The notes below the pieces were generated by a model. It did not search any database. It was not told the DNA's origin and saw only the letters and a program-made list of their open reading frames with translations. A stretch of 64,000 nt of DNA from the human T2T-CHM13v2.0 reference genome, Homo sapiens: the NCBI RefSeq assembly GCF_009914755.1, contig NC_060939.1. One strand, written 5' to 3'. Position 1 is the first letter of the stretch, and each line of letters opens with the position of its first letter. A program made the position numbers and the translations under genes. Positions 1 to 19,827 of this stretch are shown here, piece by piece.

Positions 1-370
1 AAGGAAATACTATTCAGTCATTTAAAAAATGAAATCATGTATGTTTGCAGCAACATGAGTGGAACTGAAGGCCATTATTTTAAGTGAAATAATTCAGAAA
101 CAGACAAATACTGCATCTTCTTTCTTCTAAGTGGGAGCTAAATAATGTGTACACATGGACATAGAGTGCGGACTGATAAACAATGAAGACTCATAACTGC
201 AGGCGAGGTGGTGAATGATGAGAATGACTTAATGGGTATAATGTACATTTTATCAGTGATGGATACACTAAAAGCCCAGACTACACCACTATGAAATATA
301 TCTTTGTAACAAAGTTGCACTTGTACCTCAACCCTTAAATTTATACAAATTAAAAAAAAGAAAAAGAAAA
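1..370 (+). mobile_element. LINE-1 3' end (L1PB/L1MA-type)
   Basis: ggatacactaaaagcccagact...ttgcacttgtacc...aaatttatacaaa followed by an A-rich tail. Confidence 0.85.
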
Positions 371-638
371 ATGCAGGGTCCTTCATTCAAATGTATTAAC
401 AATTTCAAGACAGCAATAGTCGACTTAAACCAGGGTGGAACCCTTCCGAGTGCAGGCTGCACGCCCAGGAGGACAGTTTGGTTTTCTGCCCTGCAAAATT
501 ACATATATACAATGTCATATAAATAAAGTTCTTGTCTGTGGCAATAACAAAAACAATGGAAAGGGGAAAAATATATGTGGACAACAATAGAGTAATTCTT
601 GAATATATTACAGAATATTCTTTTAATATATCTACATA

Positions 639-812
639 TTTTTGAGACAGGGTCTCGCTCTGTTGCCCAGGTTGGAGTGCAGAGGTGCAATCATGGCTCA
701 CTACAGCCTCAACCTCTTGGGCTCAAGTGAGTCTCCCACCTCAGCTTTCTGAGTAGCTGGGATTACTGGCACATGTCACCATGTCTGGCTACTTTTTGCA
801 TTTTTTTTGTAG
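639..812 (-). mobile_element. Alu right-arm monomer (AluJ/FRAM-like)
   Basis: tttgagacagggtctcgctctgttgcccagg...gggctcaagtga...tttttgtaga. Confidence 0.9.
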
Positions 813-932
813 AATACTCAAACAATAGAATACTATGTATCACTACTAAAGTAAAAAAGTACACAAAATATTAACAGTAAAAAGCAAGTTGCCAATCAAA
901 ATATATATATAAGTTTCTACAAAGAAAGATTA

Positions 933-1246
<314 letters not shown>

Positions 1247-1419
1247 CTATCTACCTACCTACAGATTATATATATAATATCTATGTTATATATAGAGAGA
1301 GATATATAGGTAATATATAGGTTATATAGGTTCTACATATAGGTATATAAAAATAGGTAATACTTAGGAATGAAATTAAAATATTTTTAAAATGGCATCT
1401 TAGAGGAAAGGAAGATATT

Positions 1420-3879
<2,460 letters not shown>

Positions 3880-3942
3880 TATGATGTTAGCTGGTTATTT
3901 TGCTCGTTAGTTGATGCAGTTTCTTCCTAGCCTTGATGGTCT

Positions 3943-4959
3943 TTACAATTTGGCATGTTTTTGCAGTGGCTGGTACTGGTTGTTCCTTTCCATGTTTAGT
4001 GCTTCCTTCAGGAGCTCTTTTAGGGCAGGCCTGGTGGTGACAAAATCTCTCAGCATTTACTTGTCTGTAAAGTATTTTATTTCTCCTTCACTTATGAAGC
4101 TTAGTTTGGCTGGATATGAAATTCTGGGTTGAAAATTCTTTTCTTTAACAATGTTGAATACTGGCCCCCACTCTCTTCTGGCTTGTAGAGTTTCTGCTGA
4201 GAGATCAGCTGTTCATCTGATGGGCTTCCCTTTGTGGGTAACCTGACCTTTGTCTCTGGCTGCTCTTAACATTTTTTCCTTCATTTCAACTTTGGTGAAT
4301 CTGACAATTTTGTGTCTTGGAGTTGCTCTTCTTGAGGATTATCTTTGTGGCATTCTCTGTATTTCCTGGATTTGAATGGTGGCCTGCCTTGCTAGATTGG
4401 GGAAGTTCTCCTGGATAATATCCTGCAGAGTGTTTTCCAACTTGGTTCCATTCTCCCCGTCACTTTCAGGTACACCAATCAGACGCAGATTTGGTCTTTT
4501 CACATAGTCCCATATTTCTTGGAAGCTTTGTTCATTTCTTTTTACTCTTTTTTCTCTAAACTTCCCTTCTCGCTTCATTTCATTCATTTTGTCTTCCATC
4601 GCTGATACCCTTTCTTCCAGTTGATCGCATCGGCTACTGAGGCTTCTGCATTCGTCACGTAGCTCTTGTGCCTTGGTTTTCAGCTCCATCAGGTCCTCTA
4701 AGGACTTCTCTGCACTGGTTATTCTGGTTATCCATTAGTCTAATTTTTTTTCAAAGCTTTTAACTTCTTTGCCATTGGTTCGAATTTCCTCCTGTAGCTC
4801 AGAGTAGTTTGATCGTCTGAAGCCTTCTTCTCTCAACTCGTCAAAGTCATTCTCTGTCCAGCTTTGCTCTGTTGCTGGTGAGGAGTTGCGTTCCTTTGCA
4901 GGAGGAGAGGCGCTCTGATTTTTAGAGTTTCCAGTTTTTCTGCTGTTTTTTTTCCCCAT
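3943..4959 (-). pseudogene. Disrupted L1 ORF1p
   Basis: Split into ORF-track pieces 4735-4959 and 4339-4689 by premature stops. Confidence 0.9.
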
Positions 4960-5992
4960 CTTTGTGGTTTTATCTACCTTTGGTCTTTGATGATGGTGAC
5001 GTACAGATGGGTTTTTGGTGTGGATGTTCTTTCTGTTTGTTAGTTTTCCTTCTAACAGACAGGACCCTCAGCTGCAGGTCTGTTAGAGTTTGCTAGAGGT
5101 CCACTCCAGACACTGTTTGCCTGGGTATCAGCAGCGGTGGCTGCAGAACAGCGGATTTTGGTGAACCGCAAATGCTGCTGCCTGATCGTTCCTCTGGAAG
5201 TTTTGTCTCAGAGGAGTACCCGGCCGTGTAAGGTGTCAATCTGCCCCTACTGGGGGATGCCTCCCAGTTAGGCTACTCGGGGGTCAGGGACCCACTTGAG
5301 GAGGCAGTCTGCCCGTTCTCAGATCTCAAGTTGCGTGCTGGGAGAACCACTACTCTCTTTAAAGCTGCCAGAGAGGGACATTTAAGTCTGCAGAGGTTAC
5401 TGCTATCTTTTTGTTTGTCTGTGCCCTGCCCCCAGAGGTGGAGCCTACAGAGGCAGGCAGGCCTCCTTGAGCTGTGGTGGGCTCTACCCAGTTCGAGATT
5501 CCCGGCCGCTTTGTTTACCTAATCAAACAACTAATTCGGCAATGGCGGGCGCCCCTCCCCCAGCCTCACTGCTGCCTTGCAGTTTGGTCTCGGACTGCTG
5601 TGCTAGCAATGAGTGAGACTCCGTTGGGGTAGGACCCTCTGAGCCAGGTGAGGGATATAATCTCCTGGTGTGCCGTTTTTTAAGCCCGTTGGAAAAGCGC
5701 AGTATTAGGGTGGGAGTGACCCGATTTTCCAGGTGCCGTCTGTCACCCCTTTCTTTGACTAGGAAAGGGAATTCCCTGACCCCTTGTGCTTCCTGGGTGA
5801 GGCGATGCCTCGCCCTGCTTCGGCTCGCGCACAGTGCGCTGTGCCTACCGTCCTGCCCCTACTGTCTGGCACTCCCCATTGAGATGAACCCGGTACCTCA
5901 GTTGGAAATGCAGAAATCATCCGTCTTCTGCGTCGCTCATGCTGGTAGCTGTAGACTGGAGCTGTTCCTATTCGGCCATCTTGGCTCCTCCC
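4960..5992 (-). promoter_or_regulatory. L1 5'UTR internal sense/antisense promoter with YY1 site (5973-5984)
   Basis: CpG-rich, about 1030 nt, with CCAAGATGGCCG intact. Confidence 0.8.
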
Positions 5993-6026
5993 TGGCATTT
6001 CTTTTTTATTGTTTCTTAGAATATTG

Positions 6027-6331
6027 GGCTGGGCACAATGGCTCTCACCTATAATCCCAGTGCCTTGGGAGGCTGAGGCAAGAGGACTGCTTGAGGCCAG
6101 GAGCTCAAGATCAGCCTGGGCAACAATACAGTGAGATCTTTTCTCTTAAAAAAAAAAAAAAAATGCTGGGCATGGTGGCGTGTGCCTGTAGTCCTAACTA
6201 CCGAGGAGGCTGAGTTGGGAGTTGCCTGAACCCAGGTGGCTGAGGTTACAGTAAGCTATGATCATGCCACTGCACTTCAGCCTGGGCAACAGAATGAGAC
6301 CTTTGATTAAAAGGTGTCACTTAAAAAAAAA
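6027..6331 (+). mobile_element. AluJ
   Basis: Dimeric, J-type gaggccaggag...cagcctgggcaaca. Confidence 0.9.
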
Positions 6332-6334
6332 ATT

Positions 6335-6900
6335 ATCTCCCAGCTTATATTATCCATCTGTCATTGCATGTTGCCCACTTTTTCATTAATGCCCTAGCAT
6401 ACTATTCATAGTTATTTAAATTTCTGATCTGGTAATTCCAACATTTCTGCTGTATCTGACTCTGAATCTGATGCTAGTTCAGTCTCCTCAAATTGCATGT
6501 TTTGACTTTTAGTATATCCTGTCAGATTTTTGAAAGATGGACATGATGTACTAGGTAAATGGAACTATGGTAGTATATCAGCCTTTAGTAAAATCATGGT
6601 AAGAGGTGAAAGGAGGGTAAATGTTCTATAATTCTATGATTAGGTCTCACTATTTTGGTAAGCCTGTGCAGCTGGACTGTGACTTTAACCAGTACTTCTT
6701 TTTTTTTCCCCCTTATGTGGAAGAGCATGGCTAATGAACATAAGAGTTGGGTTTTCCCATTTCACCAGGTAGAATTGGCTATGATAAAACCCCAGAAGGT
6801 TAGGCTCTGGTGAAATAGTTTTTTCTTTCCTGAGGGCAGGGCTTGGTAAAAACGGAATGCTCTGACATATTACAAAATAATTACTTTTCCCCTCCCATGA
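6335..6900 (-). mobile_element. Ancient L1 5' region (L1MD/L1MC-like)
   Basis: Recalled similarity: catagttatttaaatt...tctgaatctgatgct...attaggtctca...ctggactgtgac. Confidence 0.5.
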
Positions 6901-7169
6901 TGCCACTGTGGTGCTCAGTGGCCTACTCTACAGAGGACCCCAAGAGCCTCTGCAACTGAGAAAACCAGTGCCAGCATAGCACTGTGCGCCCACTCCCAGC
7001 TTTCAACATCACTGACCCCACAGTTTATGTCTTCCCAAACCCCAGCTGCATGAGTCACCCACCATCCTCTAAACCCTAATGTCACCCCAGCCAGCTACCA
7101 CCATGCATGTCCCTCAAGAAACCAAGCATGACTATCACACAAGTCCACAATCAACCCCAGACCTCAGGC

Positions 7170-8145
7170 AAAATAGAAAGCTTTCCTCCAAGATTAGGAA
7201 TAAGGCAAGGATGCCTACTATCACCACTGCTATTGAGCACAGTTCTGGAACTCCTAACCAGAGCAATTAAGCAAGAAAAATAAATAAAATGCATCCAATT
7301 TGGAAAAGAAGTAAAATGACTGGATATGACAAAATCACACACAAAGAAAACCGTAAAGATTCTACAAAAAAATCCTGATAGTATTAATATACAAATTCAG
7401 TAAAGTTGCAGAATACAAAATCAACATACAAAAGTCACTAAGATTTCTATGTATAAACAACAAACTATCTAAAAGGGAAATTGGAATAACAATTCCATTT
7501 ACATTAACAAGAAAAACAAAAAATTACTTAGTAATTAACTAAAAAGGTGAAAGACTTATACACTGAAAATTATAAAACACTGATTAAGGAAATTTAAAAA
7601 GACATAAATAAATAGATACCCCATGTTAATGGATTGGAAGAATATTGTTAAATTGGCCATAATACCCAAAGTGATCTACATATGCAGTGAAATCCCTATC
7701 AAAATTCCAAAAGCATTTCTACAGAAATACAAATAACAATTCTAAAATACAAATGGAACAACAATACTCCCCAAATAGTTAAAGCAATCTTGAGCAAAAA
7801 GAACAGAACTGAAGGCATCACACTTCCTGACTTTAAATTATATTATAAAACTAATCAAAACATAAGATAGTGGCATAAAAATAGACCTATAGACCAATAG
7901 AATAGAATACAGAATCCATAAATAAGCCCACACATTCACAGTCAATTGATCTTTGACAAGGGCACCAAGAACATGCAATGGAGAAAGAATAGTCTCTTCA
8001 ACAAATGGTGTTAGGAAAATGGAGTATCCTTATGCAAAAAAATGAAATCGAACACCAGTCTCAAACAATATAGAAAAAAACTCAAAACAGATAAAAAATG
8101 TAAGACTCGAAACTATAAAAGTCTTAGAAGAAAACATAAGAAAAA
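7170..8145 (+). mobile_element. Old L1 ORF2 fragment (L1M)
   Basis: aaggcaaggatgcc...tcaccactgctatt...aaaatcaacatacaaaa...tctcttcaacaaatggtg. Confidence 0.8.
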
Positions 8146-8149
8146 AATG

Positions 8150-11250
<3,101 letters not shown>

Positions 11251-11254
11251 AAAT

Positions 11255-12010
11255 GAAGACTCAATAGATTCACAAAGATAGATGTCATACAATGTGTATT
11301 CTCTGACCACAACAGGATGAAGTTAGACATTTGTAACAAAAAAACAAACCTGAAAAATTCACAAATTTGTGAAAAATAACGCATTTTTACACAATCAATG
11401 AATCACAAAAGTAGTCAAAGAAAAATCAGAAAATACAGACAAATGAAAATGAAAGCACAACATATCAAAATGCATGAGACACAGTGAAAGAAGGGGGACA
11501 TTTATAAACATTTATATTTAACAAAGTAGAAAAGGAAGAAAAATCTAAACCCAAAGCTTTATTATTTCCTTCAGAAAGAATAATAAAGACTAGTACAGGG
11601 ATAAATGAAACAGAATTTTTTAAAATAGAGAAAAATCAATGAAACCAACAGCTGGTTCTTCCATAAGACAAACTAAACTGACAAACCTTTAGCTAGATTG
11701 ACTATGAAAAGATACTAATTGCTAAATTCAGAAATGAAAGTGGGCACATTACTACTGATCTTACTACTTATGAATACATAAGAAGGATTCAAAGAGAGTA
11801 CTATTAACAACTGTATGGCACTAAATTGGATAACCTACACAAAACAGACCACTTCCCAGAAACCCAAAATATGCCAAAATCTAATGATGAAGAAATAGAA
11901 GACCTAAAAGACATACAATTAAGTAGATCAGTAATCAAAATCTCTCGTTGAAGAAAAGCCTTGGACTTGATGGATTCACTGGTGAATTCTACCAAGCATT
12001 TAAAGAAGAT
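11255..12010 (+). mobile_element. Old L1 ORF2 5' part (L1MB-like)
   Basis: ttctctgaccacaac...gacaaacctttagctagattgact...gatggattcactggtgaattctacc. Confidence 0.8.
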
Positions 12011-13475
<1,465 letters not shown>

Positions 13476-14208
13476 GTACAGTCGTAGCCATCTATGTCTC
13501 CTAAATATAGTATAGATATGAAGTACTGATGACTTAATTTGCTTTCCTTGTTGATATATATAGTTTTTAGGAAGATGTATATGGAAATTTGAATTTAAGT
13601 AGCATTACTACCCTTTTGGGCCTCTATCATTTTAATGTAAAAAGCTCATACTGTATCAAAATTACAAGTTTTCAATCATCATAAGCATTTCCTCACAGCA
13701 TTAAAATGTCTATAAACATAATTTTTAAAAATCCAATTAAGTAGTTTGGAATTTCAAAAGTAAAACAAATTGGGCACTTTTAACTTCCTTTTCCTTGTAT
13801 TATCTGATCATATCCAATATTTTCTCCTACTGATGAATGATCTTGCTCATATTAATTTATACAAGGTATTGATTTATATATTACATGAGCTCTTTATCAT
13901 TTTTGTTGTAAATATTTCCACCCCTCTTTTTTCTTTATGGTATTTAACCAAGCATAAAGTTTTCACTTTGATATAGTCAAAGTCATCCGTCTTTTCTTCT
14001 CTGACTCCTGTGTCTAGAAGTTTATTTAGAAGGGACTTTGACATTTCCTCTGTTTTCTTCTAGTGTTTTTACAGTTTCATGTTTTTATCTTTACATCTTT
14101 GATTAATCAGTAATTTAACTGCTAGAGTAAGGAGTGAAAAGAGTATTCATCAGCATTTACTGGCTAATCTATCCTTTCCCTAATGACTTGGAATTCCACC
14201 TTTGTCGT

Positions 14209-14726
14209 TGCATCAGTAATTACTTGCTGTGAAACAAACTGCCTCAAAACTCAGTATCTTCAAACAACTATCTATTTGCTCCCTGCAGTTTGACCTGGGC
14301 TCAGCTAGATAATTCTTCTCGTCTCACCTAACATAACCAGCTAGGTGATAACTGGTCCTGGATGGCCTTAATCCCTTGCCTAGGGTTTTCAGAAGGGACA
14401 GCCAGGACAACTGAGCCTGTCCCTTCATGTGATTTCTCACTCACAAGGAGGCTGACCCAGGCTTCCTTACATGGCAGTTACTGAAGAATAAGAAAGTGAG
14501 GGCAAGAACAGAAACCATAGACCCGTGAGGCTAAGGCTTGGAAGTCACATATCACTTCTACAGCTTTCAATGGGCCAAAACAAGTCACAGGTCCAGAAGT
14601 TCAAGAGGAAGGGAAACAGAGTCCACTTCTTGATAGGAGAAACAGCAAAGTTCTACTGCAAAGGGGCATGTATTCAGAAATGGCTCAACTTCTTCTGGCC
14701 ATCTTTTGCAAATACTGTATACCACA
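14209..14726 (-). mobile_element. MaLR solo LTR (MLT1G/H-like)
   Basis: ctcaaaactcagt...ctgggctcagct...ggccaaaacaagtcaca...ccacttcttgatagga...taccaca. Confidence 0.75.
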
Positions 14727-14777
14727 GTCATATATTAAATTTCCTCAAGTATTTAGATGTATTTCTAGACTGTTTTA

Positions 14778-15126
<349 letters not shown>

Positions 15127-15656
15127 TCATGTGTGAGTGCAGCTTTAAAATTTTATTAAATATCCATTAGCTGAGTCCTATCTCATATTCCTTCTTTCAA
15201 AAATTTTTCCTAGAAATTCTCAGACATTTCTATATTCTCTTTAGAATGATTTTAGATCTATGAAAAAAAGGTTGCTATTTTACAGGAATTACATTACATT
15301 TGTAGGAATATTTACAGCAAACTTACTGTCCTGTGTCTTTTATCCAAGAGTATGATTTGTCTTTCCATTTATAAAAGTCTTTTATATCTCTTGTTAGCTT
15401 TTTTTTCACAAGTAGAACATTATTATTTATTATTTTCTCTTCTGTGACACGATTATTCATTACAATCCAAATTAACAGAATTGCTAAATATTAAAATATT
15501 ACAAAATTGATTTAAAATTGTATCAACTTATTACTTGAGAGTTTTAAAAGTAAATATGTATTTCAAAAATTATATAATGAGCACATGAAGCCTGTTTTAA
15601 GCAATGTTTACAAAAATGAGAAAGAAAGTGATATACAAATGACAAATTCTCCTTAA

Positions 15657-15958
<302 letters not shown>

Positions 15959-15959
15959 G

Positions 15960-16350
15960 TGTTTCTATTACTATAAACTAGTTTGCATTTTCTACTACTT
16001 GATATAAATGGAATCACAGACTATGTACTTTTTATGCTCCAGCTTCTTTCACTCAGATAATTATTTCAGTATTTATCCTTTTTGTTGTGTGTTTATTCTT
16101 TATTACTAAGTAATACCCCATTGTATGAACCTATACATTCATCTTTTGATAAATATTTGAGTTATTTCCAGTTTGGAGCTATTATTACAATTAAAATGGC
16201 TGCAATATATACAAGTCTTTATGTGGGCACATGCTTTCATTTCATTTGGGTATATTCCTAAGAGTGGAATGGCGGGGAGTATGTTTAGCTTTTTAAGAGA
16301 ATGCCAAACTATTTTTCCAAGGTAGTTGTATCATTTTATATTCCCATCTT
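15960..16350 (-). mobile_element. Ancient L1 3' end (L1MC/ME-like)
   Basis: atataaatggaatca...cttctttcactcag...tttccagtttggagctatt. Confidence 0.7.
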
Positions 16351-16391
16351 TTAGAGAGAGCTAATTTGTTTTATGCATTCTCTGCAATTAT

Positions 16392-16546
16392 TTTTTCTTT
16401 CTTTTTTTTATTATTATTATACTTTAAGTTTTAGGGTACATGTGCACAATGTGCAGGTTAGTTACATATGTATACATGTGCCATGCTGGTGTGCTGCAGC
16501 CATTAACTTGTCATTTAGCATTAGGTATATCTCCTAATGCTATCCT
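16392..16546 (-). mobile_element. Very short young L1PA (PA2/3-like) 3' end with A-tail
   Basis: ttattatactttaagttttagggtacatgtgcacaatgtgcagg...ctcctaatgctatcc. Confidence 0.9.
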
Positions 16547-16609
16547 GTTAGCTTTTTAAGATTTTCTTTTAATAGATCCTTCACATTTCCTCTTAAGTTT
16601 ACTCTTAAA

Positions 16610-17160
<551 letters not shown>

Positions 17161-17550
17161 ATATTAATTTGGTAATCCACCATCCTACTGAATTGATTTC
17201 TCTTGTTGCTTCTACTAGTTCTGCACTCCATTCTCCTGATATACAGTATTTGTGATATACAGCATCTTCCTAATCTTGATAATTTTCTTACTTCTTTAAT
17301 GTTTTATATGGATTTATCTTTTTATTACAATGCCTAATACTTTCAGAACAATAATAAATAAAAGTAGTAAGCTGACTGGTATCTTTTGACAGGCAAGAAT
17401 ATTTCTACTGTAAATGCAAATAATGGCTACATTAACATTCTATAGCATATGTACACCAACAAGTGGTTATGGATATTCCTCAACTTGGGGCACTTAAATT
17501 GTTTCTTGACTTTTTCACTGTTAAAAGTACCAGTAAAAGAGTCATCTATG

Positions 17551-17837
17551 CAAAATTAATGCAGGAACAGAAAACCAAACACCGCATGTTCTCACTTATA
17601 AGGGGGAGTTGAACAAGGAGAACACATAAACTTAGGGAGGGGAACAACACATGCTGGGGCCTGTCGAGGGGGGACAAGAGGAGGGAGAGCATCAAGACAA
17701 ATAGCTAATGCATGCTGGGCTTAATACCTAGGTGATGGGTTGACAGATACAGCAAACCACCATGACACGTTTACCTATGTAACAAACCTGCACATCCTGC
17801 ACATGTACTGCAGAACTTAAAATTAAAAAAAAATTTT
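17551..17837 (+). mobile_element. 5'-truncated L1PA (about PA8-10) 3' end with 17-bp TSD
   Basis: TSD taaaagagtcatctatg at 17534-17550 and 17838-17854. Confidence 0.95.
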
Positions 17838-18248
17838 TAAAAGAGTCATCTATGTATATAAATATCTGAGCACATTTTGCGCTATTCCACTGAGCAGGCT
17901 TAGGTCTGAATAGGACTTCCTAAACTGCTAATGCACACTGCTTTTCAACAAGACCATACTAGTCTGTACTCCCTTCAATAGTGTTTCTAAGTACTTTTCT
18001 CACTGCAGCTCTACTGACAGTATTTTTAAGAGAAACAAAATGATGATGCCTTTGTTTACCTAGCTATTATTTAATTACATTTACACCTCAATGGTGAAGT
18101 CTAAATTCTCATCTAAAATCTCATGAGAATTAGCATTAGAGAACTCTAATTCTCTTTACGGACTGGCCCGAGGAACAATCCTTAAAGAGATCTCCTCAGA
18201 GCAAGCACCAGCACAGCCTTGCTTTGCCAGAACCTGATCTGTTAGAAC

Positions 18249-18450
18249 AGGGATTCTCAACCTTGGTACTATTAACATTTTGGATGAGACAGTTCTCTCT
18301 GTGAGGGTTGTCTTATACACTGAATAATATATAGCAGAATCCTTGGCCTCCACCCACTTGATGCTAGCAGCCCCAAGTTGTGCTCACAAGAACTGTGCCC
18401 AGACATGGCCAAATATCCTCAGCCAACTCTCCTCTAGTTGGATACTACTG
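18249..18450. mobile_element. MER20 (hAT-Charlie)
   Basis: ttctcaaccttggtactattaacattttgg...ggcctccacccacttgatgc...ccagacatggccaaat. Confidence 0.85.
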
Positions 18451-18579
18451 TGTTAAGAGAATGCTGTTCTAGAAATTAGAATCAAAGAACCTTATTACAG
18501 ACATAACATGATGGTTGAGATACACTTTTGTTACAGGCATAGACTGAAGAAAAGGAGAACTAAAATGTGGAATACTCAC

Positions 18580-18645
18580 TTTGCTTTATAAGGTGAATCA
18601 GAGCCAGAATTTTTGGTTTCCATTAAACTCTCATATTCCTTAGCC
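18580..18645 (-). CDS. SCAPER: Internal coding exon (66 nt, phase 2 to 2) of SCAPER
   Basis: Minus strand tttttttctcttcag|GGCTAAG...AAAGCAAA|gtgagt with a strong acceptor and donor. Encodes (R)AKEYESLMETKNSGSDSPYKA(K) and completes the AG|G Arg codon from the upstream exon. Confidence 0.9.
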
Positions 18646-19629
18646 CTGAAGAGAAAAAAAGTTTTAACACAGTTATTTCACTGCTAATTTTTATAATAAA
18701 CCAAAATGTTGGCTGTATTTTTCCCCTATTAAATATAACACTAAGCCTATTAAATCTGGTGATTGAAGTGGCTGACTACCTATGTACCTCAAGAGTTATA
18801 CAATGAAAAGATAAATACAGGTAAATAATAATACAAAAAAAGTCATTTAATTTTAGAAATAACTAAAAAGACAGTGGAAATAACGTGACCAGACTCTCAA
18901 AGATGTGTTTTGTTTTTGTTTTTTATACTGACTAAATACCAAAGGTTCAGAAAAATTTGAGATACTTCTCTGCCCCTTTCTAACTAGGCTCCGGCTTGCC
19001 TAAACTAGTAGGTGACAGTCATCAAGCTAGTCACTGATCTAAGACAGTTCTCACTATAGCAATCCATTGTTGACTTAATTTGTACATTTCTCTTTTTGGA
19101 GAAAAAAAAGAGGAAAATGCCAATTTAAATGTTAACTGCTCATCCAAAGGATCCTGTTGTCAAAGAATTCATCCAGTGATCTACGAAAAAATTACCCACA
19201 ATGTAAAACAATCTAGAGAACAATGACAGGTGAAAAAAAAAATACTCCTACCTAAAAAAGTGAGAAAAATGCAAATTACAATAGCCCTAATGAGGAAAAA
19301 AGCAAACTAGACAGATGATGCATTGGAATAAAGAAATATCTAAATTGGAATAAAATAAAAAAGTACATATTTTTTCAACCTAAGTATGCTCATTGCCATC
19401 AGCCTAAATATTAAGATTTTTATAAATATAAAGATTTTTACAAATATAAACATTTTGCATGTCAAAATGCAGAAATAACTACTTGGTAGCTACAAGTAAT
19501 TGTGACCTCATCTGAAAGGTGGGAAAAGTAACAATTATGCATGGTGGAGTATGTTCCAAGCATTGTGCTGGCTGCTGTACATTCAATAATATCACAAGTA
19601 TCTAAAAATTCAATATGGTATTATCCCTA

Positions 19630-19827
19630 TGATATAATTTAGATATTTGTCCCCTCCACATCTCATGTGGAAATGCGATCCCCAATGTTGGAAGTCGGGC
19701 CCAATGAAAGGTGGCTGGATCACAGGGGTGGATCTCTCATTAACAGCCAGGTGCCCTCCCTATAGGAGTGAATAATAATGAGTGCATGTGACATCCAGTT
19801 GTTTAAGAGTGTGGCACCTCACCCCGT
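19630..19827 (-). mobile_element. Partial MST (MaLR) LTR, truncated at an L1 junction
   Basis: tgatata...atttgtcccctccacatctcatgtggaaatgcgatccccaatgttgga. Confidence 0.8.

Noticed and set aside
5331-5522. 63-aa plus-strand ORF as L1 ORF0
   Set aside because: It has a non-ATG start and lies upstream of the true ORF0 position, which begins MAGAPPPAS at 5542.
16392-16546. Short L1PA 3' end as the displaced tail of the L1 at 1420-5992
   Set aside because: It lies on the wrong side (upstream of that element's 5' end), shares no TSD, and about 1.4 kb would still be missing.
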